NCBI GenBank assembly: GCA_963845755.1
Contig: CAWJTV010000041.1
Location: 160,001-224,000, forward strand
DNA from: an uncultured Planctomycetota bacterium
GTDB lineage: Bacteria > Planctomycetota > Planctomycetia > Isosphaerales > Isosphaeraceae
Length of the DNA: 64,000 nt
Reading direction: 5' to 3'
The position numbers and the translations under genes are program-made. How positions within the stretch are numbered: the first letter of the stretch is position 1; every line of letters starts with the position of its first letter. Shown in pieces: positions 46,201 to 57,100 of this stretch. The notes beneath the pieces were generated by a model. That model was not told the origin of the DNA. It saw only the letters and a program-made list of their open reading frames with translations, and searched no databases.

Positions 46201-47826
46201 GGGACCCCGACCAACGTCGTCGGTTGTGGCTGTGGGCATTCGTTCCTGTTGCCGTTTGACGAACAGGGCGGCTTGACCCCCTTCGGCGGGCTGACCCCCT
46301 ACGATGAACTGATCCCCTACGACGGCGGCCTGACTCCGTACGGCGGCCTGACTCCGTACGGTGGCCTGACTCCCAATGGCACACTGACTCCTCCGGTCCC
46401 GGCGGACTCCGGTCTGGATTTCCATGTCGGATGCGGGCCGTCATTCGGCGCGTTCTCTTTCCTGAAAGTACCCAGTACTCCCGGCTCGCCCGGCGGCGGC
46501 GGGACCGGTGCCTCCACGAGCTCCCATGACCCTAACGACCTCATCGGTCCTACGGGATATGGCTCGCAGGGGTTCTTCATCCCGGCCGGGGCCTTGACCT
46601 ATGCGCTCGACTTCGAGAACGACGGCGGCGTCGCGGCGCAGGATGTCACGGTCAACGAGCAGCTCAGCCCCAACCTGGATTGGTCCACATTCCAGCTCGG
46701 CTCGTTCGGCTTCGGGCCAATCACGGTGACCCTCCCCGCGGGACTGACGCTATACCAGACCACGGTGCCCTACCGGAACGTCGACGGCACCTCGCTGAAC
46801 GTCCAGGTCGCCCTGAATTTCAACGTCCAGACCGGACTCTTGACCGCCACGTTCACCTCGCTCGACCCGATCACTGGCCAGGCGCCGACGGGCGCCACCG
46901 ACGGCTTCCTGCCGCCGGACAACAGCGCCGGCATCGGTGAGGGTTACATCCGGTACACGGTCCGGTCGAAGTCGGGCCTGACGACGGGAGCGGCGATCAA
47001 CCAGCAAGCGTCGGTGGTCTTCGATACGAATGCACCACTCGACACGGCCCCGGTGGTCAACACGATCGACGTCACCGCGCCGAGTTCCAGCGTCGCCCCG
47101 CTGCCATCCGCCGAGAGCTCGCCGAGCTTCCCGGTGAGCTGGTCGGGCAGCGACGGCGGAGGCTCGGGGATCGCGAGCTACAACGTCTACGTCTCCGATG
47201 ACGGCGGACCCTATCAGCTCTGGCAGTCGCACACCACACAGACCTCGGCCACTTACACCGGTCAGGCCGGTCATACCTACGGTTTCTATAGCGTGGCGAC
47301 CAGCCACGTGGGCCTCGTCCAGCCCGCGCCGGGCTCCGCCCAGGCGAGCACCATGGTGAGTCTTCCCACGCCCACGCCGACACCGACCCCACCGCCCACG
47401 ATCATCAGCGAGCAAGTCTTGTTCACGCGCAAGCTGAACAAGAAGCACAAGCCGGTGGGCAAGCCGGTGCTGAGCGGGTTCGAGTTCACGTTCGGCGAGA
47501 CGATGAATTCCGCCACCGCCGGCAATCCGAGCAACTACCAGATGGATTGGGTGTCGACCAAGAAGGTCAAGAAGAAGGTCGTCACCATCCAGCATCCGGT
47601 CTCATTCCAGGTGCAGTACAGCGATTCGAACGATTCGGTGAGCTTGCTCCTGATCGGCAAGCAGGCGTTCGCCCAGGGCGGCCAGATCACGGTGATCGCG
47701 TCGCCGCCGAATGGGGTCAGCAGCGCCGCGGGCATCTTGCTGGACGGGAACGATGAAGGCCTCGCCGGCGACAACGGCGTGTTCACGATCCTGCCCAAGG
47801 CCCGCGGGATCACGCGCGGGGCATAG
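37289..47826 (+). CDS. Giant secreted RHS/YD-repeat protein (frameshifts ~37650, ~38015, ~38870, ~39255, ~45175)
   Basis: AGGAGA RBS and LEARTLLS leader; six ~149-aa repeats; a beta-helix-like region; CARDB- and PPC-like domains; YD repeats from ~43800 to 45900. The RHS core is ARDYTPATGQFLSNDP...YAGNNPVSLVDPSG, followed by a DPNDLIGP domain and a Lys-rich terminal domain. Confidence 0.88.
37731..40475 (+). repeat. Intragenic tandem array, six ~447-bp units
   Basis: The anchor GGTGGGGCGAAGCTGAGCCTGCC occurs at 38179, 38626, 39074, 39522 and 39969, with variants at 37731 and 40476. Confidence 0.95.
46072..46392 (+). repeat. Short coding repeats after the RHS DPSG site
   Basis: 4x SYYGA(F/S)PG with a 36-nt period, followed by GGLTP(Y/F/N) repeats with an 18-nt unit GGCGGCCTGACTCCGTAC. 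Confidence 0.9.
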
Positions 47827-47846
47827 GGAAGCGACCGGGAAGCGAC

Positions 47847-47869
47847 GAACGGAATTCATTCCGTTCTAC
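47847..47869 (-). repeat. REP GTAGAACGGAATGAATTCCGTTC overlapping the RAYT stop
   Basis: GTAG plus a GAACGGAAT/ATTCCGTTC stem; the TAG of GTAG is the RAYT stop codon. Confidence 0.85.
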
Positions 47870-48621
47870 GACTCGTGAAGCCAGGCGTCTATCCAGTCGG
47901 CACGAGAGATCGCCTGGGGCGGCAGCTCGAGATGGGCCAAAACGGGGTTGCGTGCTATGCATTCGCGATACGCCGACAATGGTTCCAGCGAACGCACGAT
48001 GTGATCATAACTGTCGGCTTGCCAGAACGCGCCCGTGCGACGACGTAGTCGATTGCACGCGACCGCCGAGGCACCTTTGATCGATTTCAGGATTCGCTCC
48101 AGTTCGGTCGGCTTCCCGCTCGAGGAACGGAATGAATTCCGTTCTACTTCCTCTTCTTCGGCGACAGGCGTGATCAGCAGATGGACGTGATTGGGCATGA
48201 TCACGAAGTCGCCCAGGTGATGACGGCAGCCGTCGTTCCGGAAGAGTGTTGCCCGCAGCGCGGTGATACACTCCAATTCCTGCAAGTGACATTCGCCCAA
48301 CCCCCGGTCCAGGCAGCTCTGCACCCGGCGATTGAAATGCTTCTCGAAGCGAAACTGTTCCTGTTGTGGCAACCTGTGTAAGGCTTCGCGCCAGTGGCCA
48401 CGTTCGCGGTCGTAGGCGATGCCCCGCCGTTCGAGCCACTGTTTCTTTTCTTCCACCCCTTGTCGTCGCACGCCGTCGGGGATCGAGTCCGCAAGTCGAA
48501 ACGTCACGAAGTACGTGCCCCCGTCCTGCCGCCAGTGCGGCAAATCCCTCTCGTAGATCCGCACTGTCCGATATTCGCTATACGGCACGAACCTCGGAGG
48601 CCGTAGCACGGAATTCATCAT
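47866..48621 (-). mobile_element. REP-associated tyrosine transposase (RAYT, Y1 HUH)
   Basis: LPHWRQDGGTYFVTFRL, FVIMPNHVHLL (HUH), FWQADSYDHIVR, CIARNP; flanked by REPs. Confidence 0.92.
48125..48147 (-). repeat. REP inside the RAYT coding sequence
   Basis: GTAGAACGGAATTCATTCCGTTC is read in frame as VERNSFRS. Confidence 0.88.
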
Positions 48622-48628
48622 TCCGTGC
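48603..48628 (+). repeat. REP variant spanning the putA stop and RAYT start
   Basis: GTAGCACGGAATTCATCATTCCGTGC, with stem GCACGGAAT/ATTCCGTGC. Confidence 0.8.
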
Positions 48629-51600
48629 CCCCCGGCTCCTCCGGGGCGAATCCACGGCGCATCGTATTCTCGGTGACCGACCGCGTGAGCAGGAACTCGA
48701 GCAGGTAATCGGGTCCGCCGGCCTTGGTGCCGATCCCGGAGAGCTTGAACCCACCGAAGGGCTGGCGGTCGACCTGGGCCCCGGTGATCCCCCGGTTGAT
48801 GTAGAGGTTCCCGACCAGGAACTCGCGGCGGACCTTCTCGATGTTCGCCGGGCTGCGCGAATAGAGGCCGCCGGTGAGCGCGTATTGGGTTCCGTTGGCG
48901 ATCCGCAAGGCGTCGTCCAGGTCGCGCGCCTTGAGGACGGCCAGCAACGGGCCGAAGATCTCCTCCTGGGCGATGCGGGCTCCGGGATGCACGTCGGCGA
49001 CGATCATCGGGGCGACGAAATACCCCTGGTCAGCGAAGGGGCCGGGATCGGACTGGAAGACCACGCGGCCCTCGGCGACGGCGATCCGCTGATAGTCGAG
49101 GATGCGCCGGCGCAACGGCATCGATCACCGGGCCGACGAGGGTCTCGGGGTCGTCGGCCGGTCCGACCTTGACAGCGCGAGCCGCCTCGACCAGCCTGTT
49201 CAGGAAGGCGTCGTGGATCCCCTCCAGCGCGATCACTCGCGAGCATGCCGAGCACTTCTGTCCGGCGTATCCGAAGGCGCTGTGGATGACGCCCACGACC
49301 GCCTCGTCGAGGTCCGCGTCGTCATCGATGAGGATCGCGTTCTTACCGCCCATCTCGGCGATGACCCGCTTGATGTGGTCCTGGGGCGGCTTCGTGTCGG
49401 CCGCCTGACGGGAGATGAGGAGCCCCACGTCCCGCGAGCCGGTGAAGGCAATGACGGCGATCTCGGGATGATTGACCAGCGCCTGGCCGACCTCCTCGCC
49501 CAGGCCGGGGAGGTAGTTCAGCACGCCCGGCGGCAAGCCGGCCTCGTGGAGGATTCGGGCCAGGTGCCAGGACATGACGGGCGCCTGCTCGGACGGCTTG
49601 AGGATGACCGGGTTGCCCGCGACGAGCGCCGCGACCGTCATGCCGGTCGGGATGGCGAGCGGGAAGTTCCAGGGGGGGATGACGACCGTCACGCCGCGCG
49701 GCAGGTGTTCGGCGAAATTCGTCTCGCCTGGGACGTCGCGTCGCCGCGGTTCGGACAGGCGGATCATCTCGCGGGCGTAGAACTCGCAGAAGTCGATCGC
49801 CTCGGCGATGTCGCCGTCGGCCTCGGCCCAGGGCTTGCCGCACTCGTAGATCTCCCAGGCGGCCAGCTCGAACCGGCGCCGGCGCATCATCGCCGCGGCG
49901 CGGATCAGGACCGCGGCGCGGTCGCGCGCCGGCGTTGACGCCCAGCCTGGGAATGCCGCTCGCGCCGCGGCGACGGCACGGCCGGCGTGCTCGGCACCGG
50001 CCTGCGCCATCTCCCCGACGTTGCGCGAGCTATGGCTCGGGTTGGGCGAGAATAGCCGGCGCGATCCGGTCTCGACGTCCGCGCCGCCGATGATCAGCGG
50101 ATAGCGCCGGCCGAGCTCGCCCCGAACCTCATCGAGCGCACGCCGCATCGCCTCCCGATCCTCGGATCGTGCGAAGTCGGTCGGCGGCTCGTTGCGAAAC
50201 GGGGGCAACGCACCGGAGTCCGCCGGCCCTTCCGCCCGGTGGCGTCGCGTCCGCGTCAGCATGGCTCCGATCTCCTCGGGGTTGCGCAGCAGCTCGTCGA
50301 CCCGCGCGGGGGGTGGAACTCATCTTGAGGAACGATTCGTTCGCCGTGTTCTCCAGCAGCCGACGCACCAGGTAGGCCATGCCTGGGAGCAGGGCACCGT
50401 ACGGGGTATAGACGCGCACCCGATGGCCCCGAGCGACCAGCGCCCGCTGGAGCGCGTCGCCCATACCATAGAGGGTCTGGAGCTCGTAGGCCGCCGGAGG
50501 TAGAGACATCGCCTCGGCCGCGGCGATCGCGTGGGCCAGGCTGCGGACGTTATGACTGCCGAAGGCCGGACGCAGCCGGTCGTGATGGCGCAGGAGGAAT
50601 CGCGTGCAACGCTCGAACGACGCGTCGCTCTGCCACTTCTGGAGATAGACGGGCTCCGGCCAGCCCAGCCGGCGCGCGCTCAGGACCTCGTAATCCCAGT
50701 ACGCCCCTTTGACCAGCCGGATCGTGATCGGCGCCCCGCGGGACTCGACCCATTCCCGGAGCATCTGGAGCTCGGCCTCCGCCTGGTCGTGGTAGGCCTG
50801 GACCACGATCCCGACATCGGGCCAGTCGCGGAACTCCGGCTCCTGGAGGACCCGGCGGAACAGCTCGCAGGTCAGCGCCCGGTAGGCGTACTGCTCCATG
50901 TCCACGTGAACATAGGCACCCCGCTCGCGGGCCGCGCGGAGGATCGGCCGCAACCGTCCGGCGGCGCGATCGATCGAGGCCTCGGCGTGGATCGGCTCGA
51001 AGTGGGCGGTTAGGCTCGATAGCTTGAGCGAGAGATTCACCCGCGGGATCGGGCCGTGCGCGTCGCGATCGATCAGCGACACTTCGGGGGCAGCCGCTAG
51101 CGGACCGGCCAGCCCGTGGATCATCTCCAGGCAAGTCTGCTGGTACCAATCGGCTTCGGCCTCGCTGATGATGGCCTCGCCGAGCAGGTCGGCGGTAAAG
51201 GCCAGCCTGCGCCGGCGGAGGTTCAGCACCGTTTGCAGCGCCTCCTGCGGCGTGGCACCGGCGATGAACTTCTGGGCCATCACCCCGGCCGCGAACCGCG
51301 CGGTCCCGGCCAGCCATCCCGCGCGTGTCGAACCCTCGGGGGCTAGCCGTAACGCCAGTTCCAGCCACCAGGGAACCGCATCGCCCGCCTCGGCCAGATA
51401 CTCGGCCAGGTGCCGCCGGGTCGAATCGGATTCCTTCAAGGCCGGCAGTGCATCGATGAATCGAAAAAGCTGGACGCGCACCACGGGATCGTCGAGCGTC
51501 GCAGCCATGAAGCGATCGTCCCACCAGCCGCGCTGCCAGGGACGCCCGCGACCGATCCGGTCGAACAGCTCTCGGCCGATCTGCCGCGTACGCCGCTCGA

Positions 51601-51724
51601 GTGCCTCGGCCGAGACGACCGCGCCACCGCCGGCGACACCTCGGTCGTCCGTCGCGTTGACGGGGCCAGGACCGGGCTCGCGCTCCTGGCCGGGCTCGGT
51701 GTCGGAAGTCGAAGCGGTCGCCAT
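48618..51724 (-). CDS. putA: Bifunctional proline dehydrogenase / P5C dehydrogenase (frameshifts ~50310, ~49115)
   Basis: PRODH: VDMEQY, IRLVKGAYWDYE, GSHNVRS, YLVRRLLEN. ALDH: PPWNFP, FTGS, EMGGKN, GQKCSAC, EEIFGP, QPFGGFKLSG. Confidence 0.96.
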
Positions 51725-51866
51725 GGTCGATCGGCCCCGGTTGAATCCTGTGCTCCCAACCGCGATGCTCCGATACCATTGTACGACCCAAACCCGCGAC
51801 GGACATCTTTGTTTGTGGCCGGGCGTCAGCTAATCGCCCGCACCATCAGGATCGGAAGTCGATTTC

Positions 51867-51929
51867 GTAGGTTGGGTGAAACCCGCCAGATGGCAGAGAC
51901 TTCCGTTGGTGGGTTGCGCCCACCCCGCA
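51867..51929. repeat. Degenerate REPIN, GTAGGGTGGG family
   Basis: GTAGGTTGGGTGAAACCCGCC ... GGTGGGTTGCGCCCACCCCGC, similar to 8335-8394. Confidence 0.7.
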
Positions 51930-51964
51930 ACCGAGGATCCGAGTTCCGGGGACCGGCTCCAGGA

Positions 51965-52906
51965 TCAAGCGCCAGCCTTCATCAATCCACGCAGATACTC
52001 CCGCGCCAACTTGACCTGCTCGTGGACCTGTTCGATGCCACGAAGTTGGTGATTCTGGTCGAGGAACGGGTGGCAGAGTTCATAGCCGAAGTAGCCGTCA
52101 TAGCCGATCTCCCGCATCAGGCCGAGGAAATAAGCATAGTCCGGGATCGGTTTCTCGAAGTCGATGGAGCGGGGCTGAACGCGGCCGTCGGCATCGCGAT
52201 CATACTCGCCGCCGAAATGGGAGTAGGTCTGGAGTTTGCCCACCGTCAGCGCCGCCTGTTGTACGGAGTCCTTGTCGAACCGGGTCATCATGGGCAGGTC
52301 GAGGCAGACCTTGAGCCAGGGTGAATTGACTTCCCGGACGAGGTCGTAGATATCCTTCCAGTGGCGGATGAACGGCGGATGGTTCTGGAGCGCCATGACC
52401 ACGCCGAATTCCTCGCCGAACGTCGCGGCTTCCTTGAGGCAACCCTTGATGAAGTTCCAGCGATCCAGCCGGCTGAGGAAGGGATACTGTGCCTCGTACG
52501 GGAGCGAGGGGGCACGCAAGAGCTCGTAGGTCGCCCGGCCGTCGCGGATCACCACCCCCGGCCAGGCCGCGAAGAGCCGGACCACCTTGGAACCGAGGTC
52601 CGCGGCCAACCGCGCCAGCTCCTTGACCATCAGGAGCTGACACTCTCGATGCTCGGGCACCGGGCTGGAGAAATCGTTGTTTGCCGCCACGCATGAGATC
52701 TCTAACCCGTGGCGCTCGACCACCGACCGCATGCGCTCGCGTGCCTTGCGGTCGAGGTCCATCGGATTGCCATGCGGGCGCTTGCCGTCCAGTTCGATGC
52801 CGTCGTAGCCGTAGTCCTGGGCCCGCGTGACGATCTCCTCGAAGGTCAGGGCCGGGCCGTCGTACCAGATGCCCGCGTAAGAGACGGTGTAGAGACTGGT
52901 CTTCAT
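51965..52906 (-). CDS. Sugar phosphate isomerase/epimerase (xylose-isomerase-like TIM barrel)
   Basis: GYDGIEL, LAADLGSKVVRLF, ALQNH, KVCLD, GYDGYFGYE. Confidence 0.88.
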   Translation of the reverse strand: MKTSLYTVSYAGIWYDGPALTFEEIVTRAQDYGYDGIELDGKRPHGNPMDLDRKARERMRSVVERHGLEISCVAANNDFSSPVPEHRECQLLMVKELARLAADLGSKVVRLFAAWPGVVIRDGRATYELLRAPSLPYEAQYPFLSRLDRWNFIKGCLKEAATFGEEFGVVMALQNHPPFIRHWKDIYDLVREVNSPWLKVCLDLPMMTRFDKDSVQQAALTVGKLQTYSHFGGEYDRDADGRVQPRSIDFEKPIPDYAYFLGLMREIGYDGYFGYELCHPFLDQNHQLRGIEQVHEQVKLAREYLRGLMKAGA

Positions 52907-54167
52907 CAGGGTTCCTCGTAGGTCGGCGATCTCCGGGAGAGGGCTCCACGCGCGTTGAGCGTCCCCCTCGTATCGCATCATAAGCGATCGAGGCCCTCTT
53001 TCAAGGAGATGGTGGGCTCCGGGTAGTCGCATCGTCACACCTCCTTGCACGCACGGGTCTTATTAGGGACGGCCGGGGGAAACACCGGCCCCGGGGATCG
53101 AAGGCATAAGGATTAAATAATCTATATTTACATGATATGTTGTTGCCTTTTAGAGAATTGAGACTCTCAAGATCGAGACGGCATCGATCGGTAAGTCCCG
53201 GATCGGGATGTCGAGAAAAAACCTCCTAAAAAGCCCGGTGAGAGGTCATACTCTCTGAATTCCGCTCATCGTATATCACATTCCGTTCATAAGGCTTCCT
53301 TGGATATCATTTGAGCCCGGAAGAGAACGTGCCTTCCAACCGTTTTTGCCCCCAAGGTTTTCAGAAGATTGTTTGTCTCTTTTTTGAAACATGCGTTTTC
53401 TTGGGCTGTAACAAGGGTCTTGATTTCCGCGAGAACTCGTACTAACGTACGTCTTGCCTGTGTGAAAGTGCCTGATGAAAGGGTGACCGAAAACCAGTTG
53501 GACTGCGCATCGATGGCGCATCGCCAAGACCGGAGGATCTATCGTCCGACGCTGGATCAATCCACGGGATGATGGCCGAAACCGCCACCGAGTTGCAAAC
53601 ATCGTGCGGCACTTCTGGCCTCCGCGACCCGTCGGGACCATCGCCAAGGAGGGTTCAGCCGAGCCGATCGTCCGTCCGAGTCTGCGCACATTTCACCCGG
53701 GGAATTCCGGGGCTCAGTGCGGAGTCCCCGACGATCGGGACACCGATGTCGTGAGCGGAGAGGGCTAGCTCACACGACCCCGAAGGTTGCGAATCGAATC
53801 CGACGGTGCCGTGGAGGTCGATGCGGAAACATGGTCTGTCGTCTCGACGACAAATCTTGAGATCGATACGTGACCACTACCCAGGCTTGATATTGTCTAC
53901 GCATGCAAACAGTTACACCAGATCACTCGGAGGAATAGGCCGCGCCACAGGCGTTTTTGAACGTCGTGGTCGGCAGGGACTGGAATTCGCTGGCCGGTGG
54001 TCTCCGATATAACGAAACTCCCGGGGTCTGGGGATCTCGGGAGGAAGTCTGCGCTCGGTTTTCTCTCGTTGCGATCGAATCCGCAGGTCCTCCCTCGGAA
54101 TTCGGGATGATTGCGCTCAAATCGAACACCGATGTGTTCGTTTACCCACTACGGAAAGGGCATCCAT

Positions 54168-57100
54168 ATGAGGTCTGGCAAGTCGAGCACCGGAACGGTT
54201 CGCAGTCGCAATGGCAAGTCGTTGCTCCGTCCATCCTCTCAGGTTCGCCGGCGCCGCTCGTGGCTGAACCTGGAATCGCTCGAGGAACGGACTCTGCTTT
54301 CGACTCTCGCGTCCGACGCATCCGCCGCCCTCGCCTTGAACCAGATCGGGGCGACCGCGACCACCGTGGGGCAGCCCTCGGCGAATTCGTCGAACCTGCC
54401 GGGCACCTCCGTCGTTACCACGGTCCCGCAAGGAGCTTCGGACGAGGCGTCGGCCCTGGCTACGTCCGTCCAGGACGCCCACACGATCGCGACGGTCGTC
54501 GACCCGTTGACCACCGACCCTCATAGTTTGTCGTCAACGGGCACCTCCAATGCCCACATCTACACGGGCCAGCCCTCGAATTTCGTGGGGCCCAACCCGA
54601 CGACGCCTCCGACGGGAGGCACGGGATCCACCTCCAACCCGGGCCAGTATAACCCGAACCAGCCATCCCTGGCCGCCCTGGCGGCGATGGCCAAGTCCAT
54701 CGACGCCCAGCCGCAGTACTTACTCATGCCGTCCGATGGGCAGAGGGTGTCCGATTCGGGCGAAGGCCCTGCCGGCGGATATACCCCGCTCCAGATCCAG
54801 GGGGCATACGGCATTAGCGACGGGAACGCGTATAACGACAACATCACATTTGGCGGCATCAAGGGTGACGGCGCGGGCCAGACCATCGCCGTCGTCGATG
54901 CTGGCGACAATCCCGGCTTCGTGAGCACGTCCGATCCCAACTTCGATGCCAGCGCGCTGCACGTCTTCGACCAGGAATTCGGCCTGCCCGATCCGCCTAG
55001 CTTCCAGAAGTACGACGAGTTCGGCAACGTGGGCGGGACGGGGACGGAGGTACCGGGCTGGAGCATCGAGATCGCGCTGGACGTCGAGTGGGCCCACGCC
55101 ATGGCCCCCGGCGCCAATATCATCCTGATGGAGGGGTACAGCTCATCGCTCTCGGACCTGCTGACCGCCAACGTGACGGCGGCCACCCAACTCGGTGCGT
55201 CCGTCATCTCGAATAGCTGGGGTTACCCCCTGGAAGTCGAGGGTGACGGCTCCGAGGAGCCCTTCCTTGACGAGCAGTACCTGGCGCCCGCGTACGCCGC
55301 CAATCCCTACCTGACGATCCTCGCGTCTTCGGGCGATGATGGCTCGTTCGATGCTCCTATCTACCCCTCAGCCTCGCCCCTGGTCGTGAGCGCCGGCGGC
55401 ACCTCTCTGGAGACCAACGGGACCACCTGGACTGGTGAGTTTTCCTGGAACGCTGGCGGCGGTGGCATCAGTTCGATCTATTCCGCACCGGCGTATCAGC
55501 AGGGAGTGACCGGCTTCAGCACGCGGACAAATCCCGACATCTCCTCCGATGCTAATCTCGAGACCGGCGTCTCCGTCTACGACCCCGAATACGGCGGCTG
55601 GGTCCTCGTGGGTGGTACCAGCGTCTCGTCGCCCACCCTGGCAGGCATGATCGGGATCGCCGATCAGGGCCGAGTCCAGTTGGGTGGCCAGCCCCTGAAC
55701 GGCCCCAACCAGACCCTCCCCGGCCTCTATTCGGACATCGACTACAACAATACTTATCACGATATCACGGAAGACTTTAATGGCGAAGGGAACAACGGTT
55801 TTCCCACCGGGCCGGGATACGACCTGGATACCGGCATCGGCTCGCCCCGCGCCAGAATTTGATCCCCTACCTCGCGCTGTTTGATCTGGGCCCCGCGGTC
55901 GTGTCGAGCAACCCGGCGGCCGGCCAGGTGGTCACGGGGGCGACCCCACCGAGTACGTTCTCCCTCACGTTCAGCGAGCCGATCGAGATGAGCTCGATCG
56001 TCGCCAGTGACTTCACCGTCGACGGGATTCCGGCCGATTCGGCCTCACTCAGCGCCGATGGCGAGACGATCACGTACACCTACGACACGTCGCCCATCAC
56101 CCAGCAAGGCCCCGAGACGATGAACCTGCCCGCCGACAGCGTCATCGGCGCCGACGATGGGCAGCCGAACCACGCCGCCTTCACCGCGAATTTCTACTAC
56201 GTCGTCACCCAGCTCCAAGTCACGGCCACCAGCCCTCCGGTGGGATCGGTCCTGACGATCCCGGTGACCGACCTGGTCGTCCAGTTCAACGAGGCGGTGG
56301 ATCCCACCAGCATCAAGACCAGCGACTTCCAGCTCAGCCAGGGCTCGGTCATTGCTGCGGTGCCGCTCACGCCCGAGTCGATCGACTTGACCCTCTCCGG
56401 GGTGACCCAGGACGGCACGCTCACGCTGACCATCCCGGCCGGGGCGTTCCTCGACCAGTTTGGGGTGCCCAGCCTCGGATTCAGCGGCACCTACATCACG
56501 GACATCGTGAAGCAGCCCTATCCGACCCCGCTCCAGGCCGAGAAACCGGCGGGCAGTCTGATCTACGACCCGTCGGTCACCGGCTCCATCGGCTTCGTCG
56601 GCGACACCGACACCTATACGCTGCCCCTCGCCGCCGGGCAGACGCTCTCGCTCGTCATGACGACCGACCCCAACCTGATCGGCACGGTCACCCTGCTCGG
56701 TCCCGACGGGTCGGCGATCGCCAGCGCGACCTCGCCCGCCGCGGGAGCCGACGCGGTGCTCGAGACCGCCCCGATCGCGACCGCGGGGACCTACTCGCTG
56801 GTCGTCGCCGGCTCCGGCGGAACGACCGGGAACTACACCCTCCAGGCGATCCTGAACGCGGCCTACAAGCAGGCCAGCGACACCAACAACTCGATCGCCT
56901 CGGCCTACGACCTGACGAATGCCTTCTCCAGCCTGGGCACGACCACCGACGCCGACCGCGCCGGCGTGCTGGGGACCATCGATCCCGCGGGCGACAGCGA
57001 TTACTACAAGTTCTATCTCAACGCGGGCCAATCCACGACGTTGGCCGCGCAGGGACTCACCGGAGATGTCTCCCTGGGTCTTCTGGATGGAGCCGGTAAT

